DNA of 64,000 nucleotides, from contig CALLFA010000053.1 in NCBI GenBank assembly GCA_937997635.1, positions 25,181 through 89,180 of the forward strand, in the 5' to 3' direction. Under the pieces are notes generated by a model. It was not told the DNA's origin. It worked only from the letters and a program-made list of their open reading frames with translations, and did not search any database. Made by a program: the position numbers and the translations under genes. This stretch comes from an uncultured Saprospiraceae bacterium (GTDB taxonomy: Bacteria; Bacteroidota; Bacteroidia; Chitinophagales; Saprospiraceae). Below are positions 26,961-35,530 of this stretch, one piece after another; positions within the stretch are counted from its first letter, which is position 1, and every line of letters starts with the position of its first letter.

Positions 26961-29579
26961 ATGAATAGATTTGAAAGAATTAGCACAGTTTGTATACAAT
27001 CTTTGCTGATTCTTTCAATCTCTTTGATAGGTCAAGACCCGAACTCGCTAACCTCCAAACAACTGTCTCTAGAATATTATGAAGAAGGGTATAAAATTCT
27101 ACAATCTGTATATGAAAATAATTCTCCTTATGCTGATGCAATTCCATTATTTGAAAAATCAGCATTCTATGCGCGAAAAGACAAAGATTATAATTCGGAA
27201 TTATACGCACTAGACCATATTGCTTATATTTATTTAGTACTTAATGACTATGGCTCTGCTAGCCGTGTGTTAGGGGAATGTTATGCCAAATATGCTGCAA
27301 TTGAAAATAATAACGATCAATATCTATTAGCTGATTTAAATTTCATTAAAAGTTATTTGCTATTTCGTTCTGGAGAAAATGATCAAAGTCTTTATTACGT
27401 TAGCTTATTGGACAAATATCTAAAAAGAGGAGGTAAATTCTCTTACAAATCTGAAAATGTATATAGAAATCTAGCTTTTAATTACCAAGAGATTGGAGAT
27501 TATCACAAAGCCATTGAAGTTTTTCAATATGTTGTTGATACTAATCCGAAAATTACAATCTTTGAACATGCCACATATCTTTCAAATATAGCTGGATGTT
27601 ATATCGAGCTAGGTGAATCTGAAAAGGCAAATGAGTTTTTATTAAAATCGGAGTCTTTATTATTTAAGAACGAAGATGCAATAACATTGGATTTTTACAA
27701 AAGTGCATTCTTTGAGGAAAAAGCAAGGTTTTTAATAAAATCAGAAAAGTATGAGCTTGCAAAGAGGAACTTACTTCAACAAGAAAAACTTAAGAATAGA
27801 ACGTTGGAAGACATAAATCGACTAATTCTCTATGGAGATATGTTGGTACAGCAAGATTCTTTTGTATCTGCGGCAAAATTTTATGAAGAAGCCATTTCAC
27901 TTTGCGAATCCGAATTGAATCATAACGTTTATAAACAAGCTCAGATTTTCGTTAAGTCTGGTGAAAATGCCTTGAATTTTGATAATGATTATGCAATTGC
28001 CCAACTAGATAATTGTGTTGATTTACTGACACACTCTCAAAACCTGGAGTCAGTAGATTTAGATTCCATTACTAGCCATCGAATATTAATAGAAGGATTA
28101 TTTAATTTAAGCACAGCTCATATCGTTCGTAATGATTTGGTTAAGTCAGAGTATTACGCTCTCCAAGCATTTAGAATTGCTAAGTATTTATTAGAATACA
28201 GCTTTGTAAATCCAGAGTCAAAATTTTACTATGTATTTTATTATCGACAACACGTCTCGAAGATTCTAGACTTACTCATCGAAAATAATGCAACAGAAAC
28301 TGCTTATAAACTTATGGCAGAGAGTAAGTCATTACTGTTTAGAATAGAATACGATCAGATTAATAACAATCAACAACCACTTGAAAGTCTTAGTGCTGGT
28401 TTTTCTAATGAGAAAGAAGTCGTTGATGTCAATCTAGTGAAAAAATTATTAAAAAGGAATAAGAAGAACAAATCGAATCTAATCGATTATTTTGTTTACA
28501 AAGATAAGTTGTACATCTTTCATTTTTCTAAAAATCAATTGCAAGTAATAACGAAGAAAATCGAGCAAAAGCACCGAGATCAAATAGTATCCCTTTATAC
28601 TGATATGAGTGATGTGAATACGAATTCCTTTGATTCTATTTTATTTCACTCAAATCAATTGTATGAGTTGTTACTCAAAGATGTATTGGCAAATAGTAAA
28701 AGACATGCAAAAAATTTGGTGATCATTCCAGATGAAGAATTACACTACGTTCCCTTTGAAGTATTAGCTAAACAAAATGAGAAGGAGATTGCTCAAAACA
28801 GATATGATCAGATAAACTATCTCATTAATGATTATGATGTTTCTTATCACTATTCATCTCTACTAATGACAGATGACCGTGAACTGAGTCAAGAATATAT
28901 TGGCTTTGCACCGTTCAATAAAAAGAGTACTTCAAAAGATAATTTTTCATTCTTACCTAACAGTGAAGAAGAAATTGACTATGCTAACCAATTGTTTGAA
29001 GGAACAGTGTTTAACGAATCCTCCGCTGATACGACACAGTTGTTTCATGCTCTACATCAAGGAGGGATTCTTCATATAGCCACACACACATCAGAAGACA
29101 GCCTTGTTAAAAATTTGAATCGATTGGTTTTATCTGACGGTATGATTGGATCGGAAAGAATTGATAGCATAGCCTGTGATTTAGCAGTATTAAGTGCTTG
29201 CAAAACAGCACATGGTGAACTCAAGAAGGGAGAAGGCCTCATTAGTATTTCCCGTACATTTTTATCAAGAGGAGCCAAAAGTGTCTTGACATCTTTATGG
29301 AACGTCAATGATAAAAGTGCCCTAACCATATCTTCTTTGTTCTTTGATCGATTACATCAAGGCAACAATATTGGAAATTCATTATCAAGTTCGAAGAGAA
29401 AGTATCTCGAAACAATCAATTCGCCCATCCAAGCACATCCTTATTATTGGGCAGGTTTTGTTAATATAGGTAATCATCAATTGAAAATACAAAAGGGCTT
29501 TGATCCATTGTTGATGATACTTTTTTTATCGATAAGCATTCTGATTTATTTTTATTGGAAAAAAGTGTCATCTAATTGA
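26961..29579 (+). CDS. TPR-CHAT caspase-like protease, membrane anchored
   Basis: 872 aa counted from the ATG at 26961. It has a signal peptide (ISTVCIQSLLILSISLIGQ) and a long TPR-like region. The CHAT His/Cys dyad context is GILHIATHT and DLAVLSACKTAHGE, and ...LWNVNDKSA follows. There is a C-terminal TM (LLMILFLSISILIYFYW). Confidence 0.85.
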   Translation: MNRFERISTVCIQSLLILSISLIGQDPNSLTSKQLSLEYYEEGYKILQSVYENNSPYADAIPLFEKSAFYARKDKDYNSELYALDHIAYIYLVLNDYGSASRVLGECYAKYAAIENNNDQYLLADLNFIKSYLLFRSGENDQSLYYVSLLDKYLKRGGKFSYKSENVYRNLAFNYQEIGDYHKAIEVFQYVVDTNPKITIFEHATYLSNIAGCYIELGESEKANEFLLKSESLLFKNEDAITLDFYKSAFFEEKARFLIKSEKYELAKRNLLQQEKLKNRTLEDINRLILYGDMLVQQDSFVSAAKFYEEAISLCESELNHNVYKQAQIFVKSGENALNFDNDYAIAQLDNCVDLLTHSQNLESVDLDSITSHRILIEGLFNLSTAHIVRNDLVKSEYYALQAFRIAKYLLEYSFVNPESKFYYVFYYRQHVSKILDLLIENNATETAYKLMAESKSLLFRIEYDQINNNQQPLESLSAGFSNEKEVVDVNLVKKLLKRNKKNKSNLIDYFVYKDKLYIFHFSKNQLQVITKKIEQKHRDQIVSLYTDMSDVNTNSFDSILFHSNQLYELLLKDVLANSKRHAKNLVIIPDEELHYVPFEVLAKQNEKEIAQNRYDQINYLINDYDVSYHYSSLLMTDDRELSQEYIGFAPFNKKSTSKDNFSFLPNSEEEIDYANQLFEGTVFNESSADTTQLFHALHQGGILHIATHTSEDSLVKNLNRLVLSDGMIGSERIDSIACDLAVLSACKTAHGELKKGEGLISISRTFLSRGAKSVLTSLWNVNDKSALTISSLFFDRLHQGNNIGNSLSSSKRKYLETINSPIQAHPYYWAGFVNIGNHQLKIQKGFDPLLMILFLSISILIYFYWKKVSSN

Positions 29580-30206
29580 TATTGCTTACACTATGAAATG
29601 ATCATACTTTTCGTAATCATGTATTAATAATGTATAAGGGGGCTGTAACAGTTATTCTAAATGTACAATGAGAAGATAAGTGCTGTTCAAAAAATAATCT
29701 TTGTTCTTAGGCCCATTATAATTTATGCATACCCAGAATCTAATTCCGTTATCTTTTCTAGAACGATCGCAAATAAGTTAAAAACTGCCCTCAACTCTTC
29801 CAGATCTTTCATGATGCCTCTACGCACAAAATACAATTCGTCAATACCCTCAGAATAGAGTTTATTTTGTAATAAGCCATCGTTGTCTTTTATAGTTAGC
29901 ATAGTGTTCTCCGTATGTGAAGATGAATTCTCCTCTCGCAGATTGATTTTATGGTACCGATTAAGACCAAATTATCAATTAATGTCTGGTGCAAACGACA
30001 CTTTATACCCAACGGATTTGAGTATGAGCTGTTAACAATGAGGCCATTTTTTCAAGATCAAGGCGTAAAACGTAGGAATAGTGGTACTATTATGAGGCTT
30101 TACAACGCAGATATTGATAAAATGGGCAGTAGTAAATGGGTCACACTCAAGTGCGCTGGGTATATATAAAAGAAAATTTTCATACATCTTGGCAGCAAAA
30201 AAACAG

Positions 30207-30214
30207 TACTTTTG
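30207..30214 (+). promoter_or_regulatory. Bacteroidota -7 promoter motif TAnnTTTG
   Basis: tacttttg lies 27 nt upstream of the ATG at 30241. Confidence 0.3.
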
Positions 30215-30240
30215 TATCTCATGAAGTTACCAATCACTGA

Positions 30241-32136
30241 ATGAGCGATAAGATCAAACACGAATGCGGACTTGGATTTATCCGTCTTCTAAAGCCTCTG
30301 GACCACTATGCCAAAAAGTACGGCACATCACTTTACGGCTTATATAAATTACAATTGTTGATGCAAAAAATGCGTAACCGTGGACAAGACGGTGCAGGTA
30401 TTGCAACAATCAAATTGGATGTCCAACCTGGACACAGATACATCAGTCGTAAGCGATCAAATTCCAGTCAATATCTCAAGGATTTATTTGATGACATCAA
30501 TGGGTATTTCAATGACCTGACTGAAGTTCAAAAAAATGATCCGCAGTGGATGAAAGATAATTTGCCTTATACAGGTGAATTGTTAATGGGACATTTGCGG
30601 TATGGCACACATGGCTCCAATTCCATTGAAAGCGTACATCCATTCTTAAGGTTAAACAATTGGAAAAACAGAAATCTAGCTGTTGCAGGAAATTTCAACC
30701 TGACTAATGTTGATGAGTTGTTCGATGAGTTGGTGGCATTGGGTCAGTATCCGAAAGAGAAATCTGATACAGTAACTGTCATGGAAAAGATTGGTCATTT
30801 TCTTGACGAGGAAATCCAGCGATTATTTTCTTGGTTTAAACCAGAAGGCTATACCAATCAAGAATTGAACGATTTGATTTGTGAAAACTTGGACGTACAG
30901 CGAGTCCTTCAAAAAGCGAGTCGCAAATGGGATGGTGGATACATCATGGGTGGCATGATCGGTCATGGCGATGCATTTATCCTTAGAGATCCACATGGCA
31001 TCCGACCAGGATACTTTTACCAAGATGATGAAAAAGTGATTTTTGCTTCTGAGAAACCTGCCATTCAGACGAGCTTCGATATACTACATGGAGAAGTCAA
31101 AGAGCTCCAACCAGGTCACGCATTAATCATTAAGAAGAATGGCTCTGTTGAAGAAAAATTAATCAATACACAAAAAGAACGCAAATCTTGTTCATTTGAA
31201 CGAATTTATTTTTCTAGAGGCAACGACCGAAATATTTATACAGAACGAAAAAAACTAGGTGAATTACTGGCGCCAAGAGTCCTTGATGCTGTTGATCACG
31301 ACTTGGAAAATACCATATTTTCTTTCATTCCAAATACTGCCGAAACCGCTTTTTTTGGTATGGTTGAAGGCCTACAAAATGAATATGCAAAGGTCCAGAA
31401 AAAGAGAATCTTAGAGAAAGGGGCTTCGATTACTCAAGAAGAATTAGATACCATTTTACAACTGAACCCACGAGTAGAAAAGGTAGTCGTCAAAGATGCC
31501 AAAATGAGGACGTTTATCGCAGATGATAAATCTCGCGGTCAGTTGGTATCAAGTGTGTATGACGTGACATATGGGATGGTCAGAAATGGCATTGATCGTC
31601 TTGTTTTAATGGATGATTCTATTGTCAGAGGCACCACCCTAAAGGATAGTATACTTACCAATCTCTATAGATTAAAGCCTAGACAAATCGTAATTGTTTC
31701 TTCTGCTCCCCAGATTCGTTATCCGGATTGTTACGGTATTGACATGTCGAAGATGGGTAATTTTGCCGCTTTTCGTTCACTGGTAAGTTTACTTAAATCC
31801 GATGGTAAAGAAGATCTTCTCGAACAATGCTACCACAAATGTCTGACTGATGCCGACATCAAAGAAGGTCAAGTTGAAAATCATGTCAAAGCACTTTATG
31901 CCTTATATACGCAAGAACAAATCTCACAACGAATGGCAGAAATGCTACGGCCTGAACATGTCGACTGTGAAGTAAAAATTATTTTCCAAACCATACACAA
32001 TCTGCATGCAGCTGCACCAGAACACACAGGAGATTGGTATTTTTCTGGTGATTATCCGACGCTAGGAGGACAGCGAATTGTAAATAAGGCGTTTATCAAT
32101 TTTATGGAGAAAAAAGACGTAAGGGCTTATTCTTAA
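30241..32136 (+). CDS. purF: Amidophosphoribosyltransferase (long, ~630-aa Bacteroidota form; class II Ntn amidotransferase plus PRT domain)
   Basis: The N-terminus is ...KHECGLGF, with the Ntn Cys. RNRGQDGAGIA is present, and the PRPP-binding loop is RLVLMDDSIVRGTTLK. Confidence 0.8.
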   Translation: MSDKIKHECGLGFIRLLKPLDHYAKKYGTSLYGLYKLQLLMQKMRNRGQDGAGIATIKLDVQPGHRYISRKRSNSSQYLKDLFDDINGYFNDLTEVQKNDPQWMKDNLPYTGELLMGHLRYGTHGSNSIESVHPFLRLNNWKNRNLAVAGNFNLTNVDELFDELVALGQYPKEKSDTVTVMEKIGHFLDEEIQRLFSWFKPEGYTNQELNDLICENLDVQRVLQKASRKWDGGYIMGGMIGHGDAFILRDPHGIRPGYFYQDDEKVIFASEKPAIQTSFDILHGEVKELQPGHALIIKKNGSVEEKLINTQKERKSCSFERIYFSRGNDRNIYTERKKLGELLAPRVLDAVDHDLENTIFSFIPNTAETAFFGMVEGLQNEYAKVQKKRILEKGASITQEELDTILQLNPRVEKVVVKDAKMRTFIADDKSRGQLVSSVYDVTYGMVRNGIDRLVLMDDSIVRGTTLKDSILTNLYRLKPRQIVIVSSAPQIRYPDCYGIDMSKMGNFAAFRSLVSLLKSDGKEDLLEQCYHKCLTDADIKEGQVENHVKALYALYTQEQISQRMAEMLRPEHVDCEVKIIFQTIHNLHAAAPEHTGDWYFSGDYPTLGGQRIVNKAFINFMEKKDVRAYS

Positions 32137-32422
32137 TTGAAATAAGAAATAGCTGGTTAATGACAACTCATTAAACACCTTCCAGGCAGGTGCAGCATTA
32201 ACATGTTTTGAATAACAGCGGTCAAACTGTAGTTCATCGAAATTAATTAAACACTTAAAATTTAACATTAACGGGCTATTTTTTATTCCACAATGTTCAT
32301 TTATCAAGATGTTTTTAACAGCACTCATACTATAGTTTGCCGAAACTAATTAAACATTAACTGCATATCAGGTTTTTATATATTATAAAAATGTTTAATT
32401 TTACTTATTAATCAATCTTGTT

Positions 32423-32992
32423 ATGGGACGAGTTATAAAAATTATCATCTGGATATTCATTCTCATCATACTCTATCTTATTCTTTCTGTTACTTATAAT
32501 CAATGCACCAAAACAAGTAAAGATATGCTTGATAAGGCTAAGAATGGTGTTGAAAATGTAACGGAAACAGTATCTGATGTGGCAGAAAATGCCAATGAAG
32601 AGTTTTTTAGTGACGAAGGTGCTTATGATGAAGAAAATAGCGACCTCGCAGATCAATTATTCGATGATGAAGAGCCTGAATATGAGGAGGAAGTGAAAGC
32701 AGAAGTGAGGAAAACGACGCCTACTCCAAAACCAAGGCAAGCGCAAACCTATACTTCCTCAGACGGGAAATACATGGTGGTTGCTGGCAATTTCTTGGTA
32801 GAAGCCAATGCTGGCAATATGGTCAAGAAACTAAATAATCTTGGTTACAGTGCCGAGTCAGTTGTGTTTGACGAATCACAATATTATACTGTGCTGGCAA
32901 CGAGGAGTAATGATTACAACAAGGTCTTGTCTGTCTCCAGTCAATTAAAATCCAAAGGGATTGACAACTACGTCAAATCTCAAAAATTCTGA
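32423..32992 (+). CDS. SPOR domain-containing membrane protein
   Basis: It has an N-terminal TM, an acidic linker and a C-terminal SPOR-like fold (YMVVAGNFLVEANAGNMVKKLNNLGYSAESV...YYTVLATRSNDYNKVLSVSSQLKSKG). Confidence 0.75.
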   Translation: MGRVIKIIIWIFILIILYLILSVTYNQCTKTSKDMLDKAKNGVENVTETVSDVAENANEEFFSDEGAYDEENSDLADQLFDDEEPEYEEEVKAEVRKTTPTPKPRQAQTYTSSDGKYMVVAGNFLVEANAGNMVKKLNNLGYSAESVVFDESQYYTVLATRSNDYNKVLSVSSQLKSKGIDNYVKSQKF

Positions 32993-32995
32993 TCG

Positions 32996-33679
32996 ATGTG
33001 TGGGAGATCTTCACTTACTGTTACAGAGAAAGAGTTAGAAAAACGATTCAATGCTACGTTCTATAGCGAAGATCTTGAGCGATACAATCCTCTACCTAAT
33101 TTTAATGTTGCGCCTACGCACATGCATCCAGTGATGACAAATCTGGATCAAGAACACCTCCAATTTTTCAGGTGGGGATTGATTCCGTTTTGGGCGAAAG
33201 ACATCAAGGTCGGTTATAAGATGATCAATGCCAGAAAAGAAACACTACTAGAAAAAAACACATTCAAAAATGCTGTCAATAAAAAACGGTGTATTGTGCC
33301 TTTTGATGGATTCTATGAATGGAAAAAAACGGAAGACGGCAAACAACCGTATAGAATAGTTACAACAGATACAGACATTTTTAGCGTCGCCGGTTTATGG
33401 GAACGATGGAAATCTCCTGAAGGTCAAGACATCTATTCCTTTACCTTAATCACACAAGAACCGAATGAATTAATGACAGACATTCACAATCGGATGCCTG
33501 CCATATTGTTGCCAGATCAAGAGCGAGATTGGTTGGATATGACAATCCCTGCCGAAGAAGCTATACAGATGTTGGAGCCCTATCCTTCAGAGTTGATGAA
33601 GGCGTATCGGGTGTCGAAGAGGGTTGGCAATGTACGTGAAAACGACAAGGAATTAATTCATGAAGTGAATGAATCATGA
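32996..33679 (+). CDS. SOS response-associated peptidase (SRAP/YedK family abasic-site sensor)
   Basis: The N-terminus MCGRSSL carries the catalytic Cys2. FYEWKK and HNRMPAIL motifs are present. 227 aa. Confidence 0.9.
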   Translation: MCGRSSLTVTEKELEKRFNATFYSEDLERYNPLPNFNVAPTHMHPVMTNLDQEHLQFFRWGLIPFWAKDIKVGYKMINARKETLLEKNTFKNAVNKKRCIVPFDGFYEWKKTEDGKQPYRIVTTDTDIFSVAGLWERWKSPEGQDIYSFTLITQEPNELMTDIHNRMPAILLPDQERDWLDMTIPAEEAIQMLEPYPSELMKAYRVSKRVGNVRENDKELIHEVNES

Positions 33680-33950
33680 TGAATGCTCCTTTGTCGCAAG
33701 TTATGAATGCTCCTTTGTCGCAAGTTATGAATGCGCCCTATGTCGCAAGTGATGAATGCGCCTTTCAGTTGCAAGTGATGAATACTCCCTATCGGGAGTA
33801 AGTGTGGAGTCCCGCTTTTTAGGAATTAATTCACGAAGTGAATGAATAATGATGAATGCTCCTATGTCGCAAGTTATGAATGCGCCTTTCAGTTGCAAGT
33901 GATGAATGCTCCCTATCGGGAGTAAGTGTGGAGTCCCGCTTGATGCGGGA
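33680..33950 (+). repeat. Hairpin-repeat array of the same head motif family, including two identical 24-nt units and a second copy of the SRAP 3' end
   Basis: 33680-33703 and 33704-33727 are identical (tgaatgctcctttgtcgcaagtta). Degenerate units follow, with heads aagtgatgaat / aagttatgaat and hairpins CTCCCtatcGGGAG and TCCCGCttgatGCGGGA. The segment gaattaattcaYgaagtgaatgaatNatga occurs at 33650-33679 (end of the gene) and again at 33823-33852. Confidence 0.85.
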
Positions 33951-34101
33951 AGTGTAGGGCATTTTGGAAGAAGGATGCTTTTCGGAAATAGAATCACGTA
34001 TTTAATTGCTGAGGCGAAGACGCCTGCAGCGACAAACACTAGAACTTGAACAGTCAACATGGTAGAAATGTACTACCGGGTAAAAAAGGTGTTGCTCAAC
34101 C

Positions 34102-35436
34102 TTAATGCTCGTCGACGATAATTTCACCATGCTTCATCACGAAATCAACATCGGAAAGTAAATTAATCCAACGCAAAACATCTCCTTTTACTGCAATGAT
34201 GTCAGCTTTTTTGCCTTCACTGATTGTACCATAGGTGTCATCCACACCCATCATTTTGGCTGGCCAATACGTCGCTGATTTAATGGCATACATGGCATCG
34301 ATACCAAATTCATTTACCCAAACATCCAATTCATTCCACGTAGACTGGCAATGAAATTTCATAGGGATGCCGCTGTCGGTGCCGACCAACAACACGACTC
34401 CTGCTTCTATCAACTGTTTGACCTTAGTCTCTAATGTCGGTTTGCGACTTGGCGTCAATTGAAAATATGGCAGACGACCAGGATGAAGAATCGACTGTTC
34501 AATATCCTCGATGATGTCTTGCGGCAAATCCAAATGCCAACAATCATTATCCAACATTTCTGGGTTGTCTCGGACATATTCATAATTATATAAACCTTCT
34601 ACTGTTGGCGTCCAGTATAGTGGACCAAGATTCATCTGTGCTGTTCGTTCGCGAATCATAGCCATCACATCATCGGGATATCGTGGAGCAGATGATAAGC
34701 CTGTATGTTCGAAATTATCTACACCAGCTGCGAGTCCTCTTCGTATTTCTTCTGGTCGGTGTGAATGACCAACTACGGTTAAGTTGTGTTTATGTGCTTC
34801 ATCGACAACGGCCTTAACTTCTTCCATTGTCATCTGGTCTTGGTCTATCAACTTTATGCAATCCACGCCTGCGTCAGCTAATCGTCTAACTTTCTGTCTT
34901 GCGTCAGAAGCTCCTGTTACGCCCCAGCGAAATGCTTCTGTACCTGGATAGGGTTCGTGTTGTATGAATGGACCAGACATGTACATAGTTGGGCCTGGTA
35001 TTTCGCCCCGATTGATCCGATCGCGCACGTCTAAACTAGCCTCTAATGGTGCACCCAAATCTCTTGCACTTGTAATTCCTGCTCTAAGCAATTGATGTGC
35101 TGAAGCTGGTATGACGACATTTGCAAAGCGTTTGATGTAGGCGGTATCCCAATGTGCATAATCACTATGACCATTTATCATCAGGTGGACGTGCATGTCC
35201 CACAGTCCTGGCAACACACTCATGCCTTCTGTGGAAATGACTTCGGCGTCTGCTGGGATGTCTGTATTTCCTTGGTGGCCGACGTGCGTGATTTCGTCGT
35301 CTTCGACAAGAATGACGCTATTGTGGATTGGTTTTCCGCCGAAGCCGTCTATGAGTGTACCGCCGACGAGGGCTTTGGTTTGGGCGAAAAGAAATAAGGG
35401 GGATAGGGCTAATAATAATTGAATGATGAATTTCAT
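34102..35436 (-). CDS. Amidohydrolase family metallo-hydrolase, secreted
   Basis: It has a signal peptide. LPGLWDMHVHL is the HxH metal site, and there is a TIM-barrel amidohydrolase pattern (VVGHSH, GTDSG). Confidence 0.85.
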   Translation of the reverse strand: MKFIIQLLLALSPLFLFAQTKALVGGTLIDGFGGKPIHNSVILVEDDEITHVGHQGNTDIPADAEVISTEGMSVLPGLWDMHVHLMINGHSDYAHWDTAYIKRFANVVIPASAHQLLRAGITSARDLGAPLEASLDVRDRINRGEIPGPTMYMSGPFIQHEPYPGTEAFRWGVTGASDARQKVRRLADAGVDCIKLIDQDQMTMEEVKAVVDEAHKHNLTVVGHSHRPEEIRRGLAAGVDNFEHTGLSSAPRYPDDVMAMIRERTAQMNLGPLYWTPTVEGLYNYEYVRDNPEMLDNDCWHLDLPQDIIEDIEQSILHPGRLPYFQLTPSRKPTLETKVKQLIEAGVVLLVGTDSGIPMKFHCQSTWNELDVWVNEFGIDAMYAIKSATYWPAKMMGVDDTYGTISEGKKADIIAVKGDVLRWINLLSDVDFVMKHGEIIVDEH

Positions 35437-35530
35437 ATTAGAGATATTGAAGCTCTTAAAAATAGGGATAATTACAGCATTTACTTATGCATTCTTAATT
35501 GAATTTTATTCCCCTAGTAAAACGCTGTCT

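Noticed and set aside
33725-34060. 111-aa minus-strand ORF over the repeat region after the SRAP gene.
   Set aside because: It is composed almost entirely of translated hairpin repeats and the duplicated gene end. There is no independent coding signal.
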